A stretch of 64,000 nt of DNA, from assembly GCA_038087875.1 (NCBI GenBank), contig CM075991.1, positions 620,001 to 684,000 on the forward strand. The letters run 5' to 3'. The notes under the pieces were generated by a model. That model worked only from the letters and a program-made list of their open reading frames with translations. It had not been told where the DNA came from and made no database searches. Numbering within the stretch: the first letter of the stretch is position 1; the number at the start of each line of letters is the position of its first letter. The stretch comes from Malacoraja senta (taxonomy: Eukaryota). Shown here one piece after another: positions 63,590 to 64,000 of this stretch. The translations under genes and the position numbers were made by a program.

Positions 63590-64000
63590 GTGATACAGTG
63601 TGAAACAGGCCCATCAGCCCAACTTGCCCACAATGGCCAACATGTTCCACTTACACTAGTCACACCTGCCCGCATTTGGCCCATATCCCTCCAAACCTGT
63701 GCTATCCATGTACCTGTCTGACTGTTTCTTCAATGTTGGGATAGTCCCAGCCTCAACTACCTCTTCTGGCAGCTCATTCCATACACCCACCACCCTTTGT
63801 GTGAAAAAGTTACCCCTCAGATTCCTATTAAACCTATTCCCTTTCATCTTAAACCCATGACCTCTGGCCCTCGATTCCCCTACTCTGGGCAACAGACTCT
63901 GTGCATCTACCCGATCTATTCCTCTCATGATTTTATACACCTCTATAAGATCACCCCTCATCCTCCTGTGATCCAAGGAATAGAGACCCAGCCTACTCAA
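63590..64000 (-). mobile_element. CR1 LINE 3' fragment, continues past the window end
   Basis: LGLYSL..RRMRGDLIEVYKIM...RARGH...WNELP. Confidence 0.92.

Overview
Repeat-dense vertebrate genomic DNA. HE1-type tRNA SINEs, HER1/CR1 LINEs and Penelope-derived repeats point to a cartilaginous fish, probably a skate or ray (inference). Two spliced + strand genes can be rebuilt by hand. One is the 3' part of CHMP7 (8 coding exons, 2276-22530); its first visible exon has two apparent 1-bp deletions. The other is GINS4/SLD5 (6 coding exons, 30506-45523); its first coding exon is missing and probably lies in the 200-N gap at 29950-30149. The rest is nested CR1, Rex/Babar, Penelope and Tx1 retroelements, SINEs, non-autonomous DNA transposons and minisatellites. 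The most notable items are: (1) an internally deleted Tx1 element with a ZCCHC3-like ORF1 whose 5' end is a 20-nt piece of U2 snRNA (Keno-like); (2) a hAT-like MITE family with a 28-bp termini-only member flanked by an 8-bp TSD; (3) many Penelope-type minimal hammerhead-like cores, often in fold-back pairs; (4) a 43-bp target-site duplication. No prokaryote-type system or CRISPR array was found. Family assignments come from recall, not from database searches.
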